59,028 nt of DNA from a virus (lineage: Duplodnaviria; Caudoviricetes), in IMG/VR virus record IMGVR_UViG_3300027653_000014, positions 1-59,028 of that record; one strand, written 5' to 3'. The notes under the pieces were generated by a model, which did no database searches, was not told where the DNA came from, and saw nothing but the letters and a program-made list of their open reading frames with translations. Positions 45,882 through 56,268 of the stretch are shown here, piece after piece (within the stretch, counting starts at the first letter, position 1; each line of letters begins with the position of its first letter). The translations under genes and the position numbers were made by a program.

Positions 45882-46622
45882 TCATGCCCTGCTCCTACGC
45901 ACCAGGAACGTGCCGCCGATCAACGTTAGCAGCGCGATGCCAGCAAGCCCGGCCACCTGACCAGCCCCTGTGGGTGGCATACCACACTCGGTGTACTCGG
46001 CGTCGGTCATCTCACGGACCTCGACCGTCTCGGTCGAGACGACCTCCCGGTCGGTCTCGGTCCACTCACCCCAGGTCTCGATCCAGTCGGCCCCGTCCCA
46101 CTCGATGGTGGAGGTGCGCTGCTCGGTGACATGGAACGTCTCGCGGATCGTGGTGACGGTGCCGTACCCGGCCTCCTCACTCGGGCACTGGGTGACCTCG
46201 CGCTCCTCGGTGTCCTCGACCTCACGGGTCTCGGTGCCGGGCTCCGGCTTAGGGCCAACCGGGATGGGCTTCTGCCCACCCTCACCGAAGTGCTGGTTGT
46301 AGCCGTGGATTTGAACCCAGGTGATGCGGCCCTCGGTGATACCGAACGCGGACCACGGGATGAAGGACTCACCGATCCACTGCCCGCCGGGGTGGTCGTT
46401 GTTCGGGTCGAACTGAATGCCAGCAGTCTGCTCGATGCCGTCACCGTCGAAGTAGCGGACGTTGACGTGCCCGTGGGCCTGGAACGTGTCGCCAGCCGAG
46501 AGCTGGATACCCTCGGTGGTCACCTGGTAGGGGGTCGGGGCGTCGGAGCCTTCGTCAGCGAATGCCGCACCTCCCACCACCATGAACAGTGCTGCCAGTA
46601 CAAGCGTGAGAATCTTCCTCAT
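45882..46622 (-). CDS. Secreted surface protein with LPXTG-like anchor
   Basis: Signal peptide MRKILTLVLAALFMVVGGAAFA; C-terminal MPPTG, hydrophobic helix and RRSRA tail. Confidence 0.75.
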   Translation of the reverse strand: MRKILTLVLAALFMVVGGAAFADEGSDAPTPYQVTTEGIQLSAGDTFQAHGHVNVRYFDGDGIEQTAGIQFDPNNDHPGGQWIGESFIPWSAFGITEGRITWVQIHGYNQHFGEGGQKPIPVGPKPEPGTETREVEDTEEREVTQCPSEEAGYGTVTTIRETFHVTEQRTSTIEWDGADWIETWGEWTETDREVVSTETVEVREMTDAEYTECGMPPTGAGQVAGLAGIALLTLIGGTFLVRRSRA

Positions 46623-46623
46623 A

Positions 46624-47328
46624 TTAGTCCTCCTCCATGTCCTGAAACGAATGCGGCGCAATCTGCTTGAGTTGCCGCAAAATCTCCTTGCTGAACAACT
46701 GGATTTCAGCGTCAGCGGCGGGGTCGTTGCGCTTAGCAATCACATCACGCCACGCCCGCAGGTTACCCGTACAAACGAGCTTGGTCTCCTGCTGGTTAGG
46801 CAGGACAGCACGGGCAGCCTCGCGGGCCTGCTTGCGAGGCAAGCCCTTGCTGGTGTAGTGCGCCACGAGGTCGTTGTAGTACCCGTGCGCCGCCCAGTGT
46901 GCCTTCTGGTGAATCATGGCAGTAACCATGTCGTCTTCCGCAGCGGGCGGCAGCACAAGGTCGTCCTCGCGGTCCTCGTTGACGAACCGCTGAGACAACT
47001 GGCTGTAGGACAGGTGCCGGTGGCGAATCAGTTCGTGGGTCAGCGCACGGCTCACACCCTGCACATAGAACGTGGCGCTCGCGTGCTCAAGCACCGAGAA
47101 GTGCCCCTGCTTGAGAATGTTGGCGATGTACCCCTCGTTGGTGGCGGTCGCCGGGTTGGGGCGCTTCCAACTGGTATAGCAACTTCTGCCAGCGAACTCC
47201 ACTAGTTCGTCGGCGTACGTTACCGAACCCTCGGGCATGTGGCGCTCGTACGGGGTTTCGTCCACCATGTAGTCGTACATTCGTCCCGGCGCTGCCAGCA
47301 CCGTGTGCGCAATCAAATCAACCTGCAT
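46624..47328 (-). CDS. thyX: FAD-dependent thymidylate synthase
   Basis: GHFSVLEH, RHRHLSYSQLSQR and AREAARAVLP motifs. Confidence 0.97.
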   Translation of the reverse strand: MQVDLIAHTVLAAPGRMYDYMVDETPYERHMPEGSVTYADELVEFAGRSCYTSWKRPNPATATNEGYIANILKQGHFSVLEHASATFYVQGVSRALTHELIRHRHLSYSQLSQRFVNEDREDDLVLPPAAEDDMVTAMIHQKAHWAAHGYYNDLVAHYTSKGLPRKQAREAARAVLPNQQETKLVCTGNLRAWRDVIAKRNDPAADAEIQLFSKEILRQLKQIAPHSFQDMEED

Positions 47329-47605
47329 TGTTCTCCTCCCCTACCCGCGCATCCCACTCCTTGCGGAACGCGATCTTCTCTTCCTTGGTGCGCAGTTGGC
47401 CGGGGTGTTCAGAGCATTCCTGCACTCCAATGGTGCATACACATGCATCCTTTTGAGCAAATGCCGCCGCGATGGCGACCTTCATGGACTGTCGGATAAT
47501 CCCGAGGTCCCGGCGGGTCAGCGGCTCTTCAGGCCCCCACATGAACTCATGTAGTGCGATGTTGGCCGCGTCTGCCATCTCATCAGTAATATCCTCAAGC
47601 TTCAT
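47318..47605 (-). CDS. Hypothetical protein
   Basis: Coupled ORF with GGAGG RBS. Confidence 0.6.
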   Translation of the reverse strand: MKLEDITDEMADAANIALHEFMWGPEEPLTRRDLGIIRQSMKVAIAAAFAQKDACVCTIGVQECSEHPGQLRTKEEKIAFRKEWDARVGEENNAG

Positions 47606-47853
47606 GCCACCCTCCTCTGCAAAAGCGCCTTGATGCGATCCGGCCTATACCCCGACCATGCATCTACCAGCAGTTCATCCTCCTCCACTAGGACCACAGG
47701 GGCGCTACCCATCCCCTCCTGCTTCGCCCACGCTACTACGTCTAGATGGTTGGTGGCAAGCTCAGTAGTGTACGGCACTCCGTACTTGTCCAAGGTCCGC
47801 TTCGTGGCGTTGCACTGGGCACAGTCAGGCAGGGTGTAGACAGTAATGGTCAT
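47602..47853 (-). CDS. nrdH: NrdH-like glutaredoxin
   Basis: ITVYT.P.CAQC..TKR, APVV and WSGYRPD motifs. Confidence 0.92.
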   Translation of the reverse strand: MTITVYTLPDCAQCNATKRTLDKYGVPYTTELATNHLDVVAWAKQEGMGSAPVVLVEEDELLVDAWSGYRPDRIKALLQRRVA

Positions 47854-48013
47854 CAGTTCTCCTTGAACTCGATGTCGAGCGTAGGCGCGCTCGGTGGAGC
47901 TGGAACGGGGTCTTCTATTGTACCCTCGTCTCCATCCACAACCCTGTCCACAGACCACTGCGCGAGGCACATGCGCTTACCGTCAAGACTGCACACCGGG
48001 CACCCTCTTATCC

Positions 48014-50074
48014 CTAGACATCAGCCCAACTCCTTCCTACTTCTGCTTCTGTAGAAAACTCTACGCGGTGGAATACACTCGCCGCTGCGCCGACCATCTC
48101 TGTCTCGGCCATCTTGATAACATCATCCACCTTATCGATAGGCACATCGAACACGATGGCGTCGTGAATCGTAGCCACAATGCGAGTATCGAACTGCCCA
48201 ACCCGCTTGTGGATTTGGAGCGCTGCGCTCTGGGTGATGTCAGATGCTGTAGATTGCGGCACGAATGCCATTGCTGCATTCTCTACTGCATTTCTGTTGC
48301 GGCTGGTAACTACCTCGCTTTGGAAGCGTCTATTGAATGGCGTGGTCAGCATATAGGAAAGGCTGGGGTCAACCACTGCCCGCTTAACCTTATCCTGCCA
48401 TTCCTTTAGTCCTGGGTAGGTATCGAAAATGCCTTGAATAAGACCTTCAGTATCTTCAATGGTCAGCCCCAATTCTTCAGCAATAGCCTTTACTCCTCGA
48501 CCGTAGTTGAGGCCATATTGTACGCCTTTGACCTGCGCGCGCAATTCCTTTGCCTCAGCAGGATTAGCTTCTTTGTAGAGATAGAAACTCTCCACATCCA
48601 CAAACTTGTCAGGGTTGGTGCCAGGCATCATTGCATCAAAGTAGTCCACCGCTCCGGGTTGAAATGCAGCAATCATTGCCTCATCGTTAGAAAGCTCGGC
48701 AAGCGTTCGCAGCTCGATCTGACTGTAATCCACGGAGAGCACAACGTGGTCAGGAGAGGACGCTACGAATCCGGTACGGGTGACGGGTCCGCGAGGCTGG
48801 TTCTGAACATTGGGTGACTTGCTACTAGTCCGGCCCGTGGTGGTGCCGTGCAGCAGGAACTGCGGGTACACCGCACCGTTACGGGATCGTGACAGGGTGC
48901 CTTCAGCGTAAGTGCTGCGGAGCTTGGTGGTGCCCCGGTAGTCCAGCAGGGCCGAGATGAAGGTGTGAGCCGCTGACCCTTCCTCTTGTGAGGCCCTGAC
49001 CTGCGTCAACGTCTTCTCGTCGGTGGAGGGAATGGTCTTGCCAATCTCACCCTCGATGTACTTCTTGACCTGCTGCCAGGAACCGGGGTTGAACTTCTCA
49101 TCCTCGACAATGCTGCGCATCTGGTCCAGCAGCCCCTGTGACTTCTCGCCAAGTTCCGCAGACAGGCGCTTGAAGTATTCCTCATCCACAGGGATGCCGC
49201 CGGATTCAATATCCTGGTACATGTGATCCAGTGGCATCAGGTGGTCGAGATACAGCTTACGACGGGGCGGGTCATTCTCTAGTTGGTCACGGAACAGATT
49301 GAAGAGTTTCCCGGTCCAGTAAACGTCCCCGGCATTGTACTTGTAAAGGAGGTCGCGGGGGATGTTCTCATAGTGTGCGCCACCCTTTGTATACTTCTTT
49401 AGGTCGTGTTCCCACTCAGGGGCGTTGAACAGTTTCTGTGCGAGCTGCTTAAGGCCATGCATTTTAGCACCATGATTCATCGCATAGTGCATAAGCATGG
49501 TGTCGTGGTCGGGGTAAATCTGCTCGCCGTTATTGAGGCGGTCAGACACTGTACGCATGTCGAATCTTGCATTGTGCCCGACAATAGTACGGCTCTTTAG
49601 AATGCTGACAATAGTGCCGTGCGGGTCACCTTCACACAATTCTTCAGGCACGACAAAGATATTCTGACCATCGCTGAAAGCCATGCTGATAATTGGGGTT
49701 TCAGAGGGCAAGTCAGTCTCGATATCGCCCGCTACCTCGATATCAAACATGACAACAGGGCCAAGCCGGTCCAGAGGCCCATAGTCCTTGATGACCTCAT
49801 ACTGAATCTCTTCCTGCTGTGGCAGGTTCAGTACGTTGCGCAGCGCGATGGCAAGGTCAGTGACCGCAGTCTCCTTGTTGACAATCTGCTTGACAGAGAG
49901 CGTCGTGACATCACCCTCCCCCTTACCCAGCACAAGGCGCGGGGTAACGTCCTCGTCATTGACCACCAGTTCCAGCGGCGTATCCCCTAACGCCTCCTGC
50001 TTAGCCCGCTTGAATACGTCGATGGCAGTAGGCGTCAGCTCCTGCTCTGTGATGAGGTTGATCGTGGCTGTCAC
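48014..50074 (-). CDS. DNA polymerase, family A, with 3'-5' exonuclease
   Basis: FDIE, GHNARFD, TTGRTSS..PN.QN, DYSQIELR, YGLNYG and IHDA motifs. Confidence 0.97.
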   Translation of the reverse strand: MTATINLITEQELTPTAIDVFKRAKQEALGDTPLELVVNDEDVTPRLVLGKGEGDVTTLSVKQIVNKETAVTDLAIALRNVLNLPQQEEIQYEVIKDYGPLDRLGPVVMFDIEVAGDIETDLPSETPIISMAFSDGQNIFVVPEELCEGDPHGTIVSILKSRTIVGHNARFDMRTVSDRLNNGEQIYPDHDTMLMHYAMNHGAKMHGLKQLAQKLFNAPEWEHDLKKYTKGGAHYENIPRDLLYKYNAGDVYWTGKLFNLFRDQLENDPPRRKLYLDHLMPLDHMYQDIESGGIPVDEEYFKRLSAELGEKSQGLLDQMRSIVEDEKFNPGSWQQVKKYIEGEIGKTIPSTDEKTLTQVRASQEEGSAAHTFISALLDYRGTTKLRSTYAEGTLSRSRNGAVYPQFLLHGTTTGRTSSKSPNVQNQPRGPVTRTGFVASSPDHVVLSVDYSQIELRTLAELSNDEAMIAAFQPGAVDYFDAMMPGTNPDKFVDVESFYLYKEANPAEAKELRAQVKGVQYGLNYGRGVKAIAEELGLTIEDTEGLIQGIFDTYPGLKEWQDKVKRAVVDPSLSYMLTTPFNRRFQSEVVTSRNRNAVENAAMAFVPQSTASDITQSAALQIHKRVGQFDTRIVATIHDAIVFDVPIDKVDDVIKMAETEMVGAAASVFHRVEFSTEAEVGRSWADV

Positions 50075-50793
50075 AGGACACTCCCGCTTGTCCAGATTGC
50101 TTCCCTGCTTACCCCACTACGGCCTCTGCCTGCTGTCCCCTTAATCTCACGTAGGGGTTGAAAAGGCAGCCAGGTAGATCCTTCGTTTTCGCACACGATA
50201 ACCTGTCCGTTCCGGCTCCGGCACCACACCCCGAGGGCATCGAAATCGATATCCCTATGGGGGTATTTACCTGCCACTTCATAAGGGGGGTCGATAAACC
50301 ATGTCGCTTCCACATTGGCCGCATCAATGTACGAAAGATTGTGTGCCTGCCAGTGTCGAATGTAGGGTACCTGCCTAACTAAGCGATTGATTACTCCCTG
50401 TCCCCACACGTTCTCACCTGTATTGGCACCGACCGCACGCACCCACGCGGACGGACGCTTACCAGGGTGTACAGCGCCTTTATTGAGCCACCACCCAATC
50501 AACCAACGCGCCTCCTGTGGCAGCCCCTGCAAGTCATCAGTGGATTCCCAGGTGCCGTCATAAAGAGGAAGCCGAGATAGCTCCTCTTCCGAGGCATTGA
50601 TGAGATAGTCCCAGGTCCCCGCCACAACAGGGTTAGCATCGTACAGAACAACATTCTTACTTGCATAGCGCAGGGCGTATCCCGCTGCTCCGGCAAAGGG
50701 TTCAATGATAGTCCCGTGTACCGGTTCAGGGTAATGCTTCGCAGCACGCCACTTCCCTCCAAAGTACGGGAAAAACGGCCTAAGTAGTGTCAA
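50071..50793 (-). CDS. DNA N6-adenine methyltransferase (Dam/D12-like)
   Basis: FPYFGGKW, EPFAGAA and IDPPY motifs. Confidence 0.9.
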   Translation of the reverse strand: MTLLRPFFPYFGGKWRAAKHYPEPVHGTIIEPFAGAAGYALRYASKNVVLYDANPVVAGTWDYLINASEEELSRLPLYDGTWESTDDLQGLPQEARWLIGWWLNKGAVHPGKRPSAWVRAVGANTGENVWGQGVINRLVRQVPYIRHWQAHNLSYIDAANVEATWFIDPPYEVAGKYPHRDIDFDALGVWCRSRNGQVIVCENEGSTWLPFQPLREIKGTAGRGRSGVSREAIWTSGSVL

Positions 50794-50946
50794 TATCCTC
50801 TAGCCTCCTTCAAAAACTCCTCGATCCACTCGGCACCCTCCGCTGAAATCTTTGCGGTGGTGACTACTACCTTGCAGCCTACGTCAGCCTCGATTTCGCC
50901 GCAGGGGCACTTGCCATGGTCGTAGAACACGATGGTGCGTGCATCC

Positions 50947-51779
50947 TCAGTGCCCATAGGACCACGCCAGTAGCCACAGGTCGCCGTCGATCACGAACAG
51001 TTGCTCACCTGTGCCGCAGCAGCGAGACCTCAGACGATCCACCTCGGCCTGCGGAACCCTCTCCTCGCTGAGGTTGTACTCGCCCTCGGGCGTGAGGTTG
51101 TCGCTGCCGTCCCTGTCGTACGTCTGCTCTATCCAGGCCCACGCCCCCTCAACGCTTTCCGCGTGAAACATGTTTGTCCTCCTCTTCCTCGTCCTCCCAG
51201 GGGTCTTCCACGCTGAAGCCTATCGGTGCCCGCTCGTGCTGTCCAGAGGACTCGACCACCATCACCCCGTCGTCCTCGTCAGACTCCTCCTGCCTCTTAC
51301 GTCCGAACTCTACTGTAAGCCTAAAGAACACTCAACCCCCTCCCTTGTGACAGTCGCACGTACATGCGCTGTACTTGCAGTTCTCATGGTCATTGACGCT
51401 TGCTAGGCACCACCCCGACAGGCCGGGACTGCCGCCTAGTGGTAGAGGCTCGTGCTTACGCCTAGTCACGTAGCACCGTCGCAGACCAGTATCCTTCGAT
51501 GAGTTCTTCTCGCCGGTTTAAATGGACAGAGCGCAGCAAATCAATGATGCCGTAAGCTGTCTCTTGCACATCTGTAGGCCACTCGCCTAACTGTTCTTCA
51601 CAAAACTCTAGGTGAGCGTCCTCAACATTGCCATCATCAGTAACAATATGCAGCGGCCCGCCAACAGCACATCCAGGGTAGTCGTGCAGCTCATCGATAG
51701 CTCCATACAGAGCCTCATCGAGCCCTAGATCGCAGCGATAGCAGTCAGGATTGAACGTCTTGCAGGTATGTGCCGTCAC
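50947..51779 (-). CDS. Small hypothetical genes (50947-51171, 51149-51331, 51462-51779)
   Basis: Short ORFs with RBS or overlaps. Confidence 0.6.
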
Positions 51780-52246
51780 GCCTCTTCCTCCTTCCGCACC
51801 CGGTAAAGGGTCTGTACAGGGACGGTGGTGAGGTAACTGATCATACGCACACCGTTTGCCTCATCACTGAGGATGGCAGCAATCAGTTCGCGCTCAGTCT
51901 CCCCAATGGGCTTGGCCCGGCCCCGCTTGTTCGGCTCGGTCTCTGCCTCGCGGGAAGTCCACAGGGCACGGAGAAGCTTGATGCGGTCAAGGCTCTCCGG
52001 GTCCAACTTACCCGACACCCCTCCCCGCGTCCGCTTACCTGTGTTCGCTGGGCCTTCAATCTCCTTCATGTACCGCTGCGCATACTGCTTGCTGACACGC
52101 AAGATTGCGGCTGCCTGCGGGGTGGTAAACACGCCCGACTGGACAAGGGTGCGCAGCGGGGCACGCCACTCAAACATTCTCGGGTCGGTCTTCCGCGCCT
52201 GCTCACGCATGTCGATTGCGTAGTCAAGAATCTCGTCAGTGTTCAT
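51776..52246 (-). CDS. Putative HTH DNA-binding protein
   Basis: TTPQAAAILRVSKQY and ISYLTTVPVQTLYRV HTH-like segments. Confidence 0.6.
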   Translation of the reverse strand: MNTDEILDYAIDMREQARKTDPRMFEWRAPLRTLVQSGVFTTPQAAAILRVSKQYAQRYMKEIEGPANTGKRTRGGVSGKLDPESLDRIKLLRALWTSREAETEPNKRGRAKPIGETERELIAAILSDEANGVRMISYLTTVPVQTLYRVRKEEEA

Positions 52247-52247
52247 C

Positions 52248-54494
52248 TTAGATCGCCTCCAAATACATCGTCTTGCCTCGAATGTCCTTACGCAGGTTTC
52301 CTGCCTGCTCCTGCCACTCCAACATCTCGTTGAACTCACGGAGCGTCTTGCGGCCCTTGAAGTGCTTCAGCGCTGTGCGGTAGGGCATCGTGCCGCCTGC
52401 ACCCCACAACAGTTCCTCTAGCTCGTCCAAGTCTTTAGCCATCTGAGTCATGCTGACCTGTCGGGCAGCGTACTCCATGTATGAGACGAACTTCGTCGCA
52501 TACTTGATGGCCGTCAGCACGTGGTGCAGTTCAGCAGTGTGCTTCATGTCTAGCATCGCCAGCAGCGCAGACATCTTTAGCACCGTGTTGCCCATCCGTG
52601 CTGTTGACGGCACTAGGACACTAGAGCGTGTCGGGTGCTCCTCAGCCGCGCCTTCAAGGTCCACTGTGAACCTCTGCCAGCGCTGCCACGCCTCGTCTGT
52701 GAATGCGATACGTGCCTTGTCGCCAGTCTTGTTGCGGTACTTGCGCCAGAACGTCCGTGCCCTCAACAGCACAGCGAGAAGGTTGTGGTACTCCTGGTCG
52801 AGGTGGCTGGTCCTGCCCTCTTCGTACTGCTCCACATCAGCAGAACCAATGCTGTACTGCATCCCGTGGTCTACGATCCAGATGAATCGGGGAAGGAAGC
52901 CAGACTCGAAATCCTCATCCTCTAGCACATCGGTCAGCTTCTCCAAGATGCCCATGCCAAAGAAGTTGAGGCTGGTGTAGGTTTTCTTGGTCCGCTTGAC
53001 GTTCCCTGTGCGGCGCAGCATTCCGTTCACGTAGCCGTCGTAGGCGTTGGTGAGCATGGAGAACAGGCCCCGCATGTAGCCGCCGCCCTTGACCTGTTCG
53101 TAGAGCGCCTGCACCTCATCACGCCACAGGAGAGAGGATCGCCCAGGCCGCTCACCCAATACCTCTGTGAGCGCTTCAGGAGTGGCGTCCTGGGGCAGCT
53201 CGTAATCGTAGTCCTCGTCCGACAGGCCGCTGATGAGGCGCAGCATGTAGGACAGCGACGTGGACTTACGCGACCGGGTAGTGCCGCCCAACACCATCAT
53301 GAACAGGTTCAGGGTCACGGTGCCATAAGTGGGCCGTACGTACCCGAACTCGCTGAGAATCACTGCCAGCAGCATGAACGCTGCACCCTCATGGTACTGA
53401 GGCGCTGACTGAGCAGACTGTGCAATACACCAATTGGTGTACTTTTCAATGAATGTGTCGGAAATCAGTTCCCACTCTTCGGGGTCCAGCAGGTCCAGAT
53501 TGTCCCAGGTCTTTTCCTGCTGCTTCTTGCGCTCGCGGTCGGCCCTTACCTCCTCGGCCCATTGCTCCATCGTCTCAGGCGGATCAGTGTCAAGGCGTTC
53601 GGGTGCCTCCTCCTTGACTTCCTTCTCTGCCTGATACTTGGCCCATGCCCGCTGCACGTCCTTCCACAGGTCGGACTCGGGCCGTCCGTCACGCTCGAAC
53701 TTGTTGACCGCAGACTTGCGGCAGACTACAAAAGTCTCAGCAGGCGACAGCCCAGCATCAAACAGCAGTACCTCTAGCCGATACAGCAGCGGATACCAAG
53801 ACGTACCAGGGGCTGGGCGATTCTGGAACAGGTGCAGCAACTCGGGGTCCGGGTCAACCTTGTCCAGCACTTCCCACGCCGTAGGCAGCTTCTCAGGCAG
53901 TTCAGTGAGTGTGACATCGACAGACTCGATGGGCTCGTAGTCTGCTGCGAACTCCGCAAGGGTGTACGCCGGACCGTCGTAGTGCGCTGTCACAGGGTAG
54001 GCCATGCCCGCCTTGGTGTTCAGCGTGCCCGGTACCCGCAGACGCTTGGACAGCGGCCAGCCGTTGTCTACCCCGTCCTCCCTGTGAGCGGCTGTCACGG
54101 AGTGCGACAAGCTCTCAATGGTCTGCGGGTCTGTGGTGTCGGTGATCCGCCAGTAGTTGTGCCAGCGCCCCTTCGAGGTCTTGACATTGATCGTCGGCGG
54201 AACCTTGTACACGTCCGGCTGTGCCTCGTCACCGTCAGCGTAGACCGTAGATGCTGCGATGACGTTAGCCTTGGCTGCGTGCTTACGCTCGGTGCGGAAG
54301 CTCGGCTCTGTGTAGAGCATCGGACTGAAGTACAAATCTTCGTCACTGTGCTTGTCCGCCCACTCGCACATATCTTTCTGTTCGGCAGGCCACTTGAACC
54401 ATTGGGTGTCTCGCAGCACCCCCTCTTCGTCCAGACGAAAAAGGGGGGTCCAGCCCTCGGCAGCAGGCAGCACCGCCGTGAAAAACTTAAGCAT
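52248..54494 (-). CDS. Primase-helicase (RepB-like primase plus DUF3987-like ATPase)
   Basis: YFSP, YADGD, TS.GRWH.YW and LRVPGT.N motifs; C-terminal RSRKST, TPEAL, DEV and GFLPRF motifs. Confidence 0.88.
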   Translation of the reverse strand: MLKFFTAVLPAAEGWTPLFRLDEEGVLRDTQWFKWPAEQKDMCEWADKHSDEDLYFSPMLYTEPSFRTERKHAAKANVIAASTVYADGDEAQPDVYKVPPTINVKTSKGRWHNYWRITDTTDPQTIESLSHSVTAAHREDGVDNGWPLSKRLRVPGTLNTKAGMAYPVTAHYDGPAYTLAEFAADYEPIESVDVTLTELPEKLPTAWEVLDKVDPDPELLHLFQNRPAPGTSWYPLLYRLEVLLFDAGLSPAETFVVCRKSAVNKFERDGRPESDLWKDVQRAWAKYQAEKEVKEEAPERLDTDPPETMEQWAEEVRADRERKKQQEKTWDNLDLLDPEEWELISDTFIEKYTNWCIAQSAQSAPQYHEGAAFMLLAVILSEFGYVRPTYGTVTLNLFMMVLGGTTRSRKSTSLSYMLRLISGLSDEDYDYELPQDATPEALTEVLGERPGRSSLLWRDEVQALYEQVKGGGYMRGLFSMLTNAYDGYVNGMLRRTGNVKRTKKTYTSLNFFGMGILEKLTDVLEDEDFESGFLPRFIWIVDHGMQYSIGSADVEQYEEGRTSHLDQEYHNLLAVLLRARTFWRKYRNKTGDKARIAFTDEAWQRWQRFTVDLEGAAEEHPTRSSVLVPSTARMGNTVLKMSALLAMLDMKHTAELHHVLTAIKYATKFVSYMEYAARQVSMTQMAKDLDELEELLWGAGGTMPYRTALKHFKGRKTLREFNEMLEWQEQAGNLRKDIRGKTMYLEAI

Positions 54495-54538
54495 AACCCT
54501 CCCTAAAACTAGTCCCTCTCATGTAAGGATACAGCAAG

Positions 54539-54571
54539 GGCGGCGTACCCGTCGCTAGTGGGTACGCCGCC
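54539..54571 (-). terminator. GC-rich hairpin
   Basis: GGCGGCGTACCC...GGGTACGCCGCC. Confidence 0.6.
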
Positions 54572-54591
54572 CCACTGTCTGAGGGGCTCTA

Positions 54592-55152
54592 TCAGAGGGT
54601 GATCTTCTGCTTGCCCTTCTTGGCCGGTGCCTTCTTCTTGCCGCCGGTCAGGCCACCATCGTCCTCCTTGGGCCAACCGCCGACAGGACGATAAGCGGAG
54701 ATTTCGTTGCGGAAGATCGGCTCGCCGTCCCACCCATCCTTGCTCTCAGCGTAGGAGTCACGCTTGACGGTGGCGTAGAACTCCAACTCGGTGCCCTGCA
54801 ACTCCTCGGGGGTGGGGAACTGGACCTTGGAGCGGTCCTCGCCGTCCCACACCTCAGTGACACGGGCGAGCTGCTCGCCCTTCTGCGCCATCCACGGGGC
54901 GTTCTCCGTGGTGAAGAGCATCACGTTATCGAACACGACACGCTTGTAGTGCTCACCCTCCTGGGTGACATTCACCCGGAGCTTGTAGAAAGGCTTGCCA
55001 GGGTTCTTGGCGTTCGGCCCCGTCTTCTCAAGGGAAGCCTCGTAGATGACGCCCTCGTACCACCCCTTGGGGATGGGCGAGAAGTCTCCGCCGCCGCCAG
55101 CCTTGGTCGCGTCCTCAGCGCCGGAAAGGTCCAGAACAATACGGTCACTCAT
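54592..55152 (-). CDS. ssDNA-binding protein (DUF669-like)
   Basis: FSPIPKGWY...K.PGKP...RVVFDN...RNEI; follows the AAA gene. Confidence 0.75.
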   Translation of the reverse strand: MSDRIVLDLSGAEDATKAGGGGDFSPIPKGWYEGVIYEASLEKTGPNAKNPGKPFYKLRVNVTQEGEHYKRVVFDNVMLFTTENAPWMAQKGEQLARVTEVWDGEDRSKVQFPTPEELQGTELEFYATVKRDSYAESKDGWDGEPIFRNEISAYRPVGGWPKEDDGGLTGGKKKAPAKKGKQKITL

Positions 55153-55934
55153 CAGTTGTCCTCCTCAGTGTTGTCTTCCGCAGCAGTGTTGCTACGGCCC
55201 TTGCCTACTACACCACTGGCGATGTAGTCATGCACCTTAGCCATGCTGGGATGGCCCAGCAGGACAGGGATCGTATCGGTGCGGTCCTTGGCAATAATGC
55301 CATCCATACCCTCGGTCTGAAGGATGCGCAGGGGATCACCCTCATCATCCTTGTCCACGTACAGGTACGCTATCACATCGAAAATCTTGGGGCCTTCCTT
55401 CCCCGTCTTGCGTCCGAGGAAGTACGGCGAGGTGGTGACCTTGCCCGTCAGCTCATCCTTCTCACTGTCGGTGTGTGCCAGGACGATCACCGTCATTCCT
55501 GTGCGGTGAAGCATGTCGATGAACCGCAAGGTGTCATCGGCCAAGTTGCCCCAAACGGCGAACTTGTTGCTTCCCGCCTTCTTCTCTGCGTGGGGCAGCA
55601 TGTACTCCATCATCTTGCCGATGGTGTCAATGATGACCGTTTGGTACCCGTGGTCGTCGTTGTTCAGCAGTGCCTCAAGCACTGCCTTCAACTCATCCCA
55701 ATCAGAGGGCCGGATTACATCAATGCCCTTGGTGTACAGGTTCTCGATGGATGCAGAACCTGCCTCAACGTCGATGAGAAGAACCTTCTGCAAGTCCTTG
55801 ACCTCTGAGGCTGATGCTGCTAGCCGGGTCTTTCCAGAGCCTGGCGGACCATATACAAGGAAAGTCTTGTTGTTTGCCTTAGTCACAGGGGGGCCAATCG
55901 GAATCCCCAAGCTGGCTAGATCAAACTTAGCCAT
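55152..55934 (-). CDS. AAA ATPase (AAA_24/Sak4-like)
   Basis: YGPPGSGKT, IDVEAG, IIDT, LAH and AKDR motifs. Confidence 0.88.
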   Translation of the reverse strand: MAKFDLASLGIPIGPPVTKANNKTFLVYGPPGSGKTRLAASASEVKDLQKVLLIDVEAGSASIENLYTKGIDVIRPSDWDELKAVLEALLNNDDHGYQTVIIDTIGKMMEYMLPHAEKKAGSNKFAVWGNLADDTLRFIDMLHRTGMTVIVLAHTDSEKDELTGKVTTSPYFLGRKTGKEGPKIFDVIAYLYVDKDDEGDPLRILQTEGMDGIIAKDRTDTIPVLLGHPSMAKVHDYIASGVVGKGRSNTAAEDNTEEDN

Positions 55935-56118
55935 CAAACACCTCATTCAGTAGTGTACGTGCCTGCGTAACGTAGTGTTTCATCCATCTGTGGATCATGT
56001 CTAGGTCTCCCTCGGTAGTCCCAGCCGGGAGATTTTCGTCCTCGTATACCCAGATGAACTCGGGCTCAGCGTCGAGGTACTCAAGCGCTAGCCGCAGTCC
56101 TTCCTTCTGTGGATTCAT
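55927..56118 (-). CDS. Hypothetical protein
   Basis: ATG at 56118 with GAGGA RBS. Confidence 0.6.
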   Translation of the reverse strand: MNPQKEGLRLALEYLDAEPEFIWVYEDENLPAGTTEGDLDMIHRWMKHYVTQARTLLNEVFDG

Positions 56119-56268
56119 GTTTTCAGTCCTCCTCTGTGTACAGCAGCGATGAAAGCTCATCCATTGCAGCGGCAAGAGTGGTCTGATCGCCAAAGTTGTA
56201 GGCATATACAGCTCTCCTGGCTGCCATCTCAATACCTTGATAGCGATATACCTCGCCGTAACGGTTCA

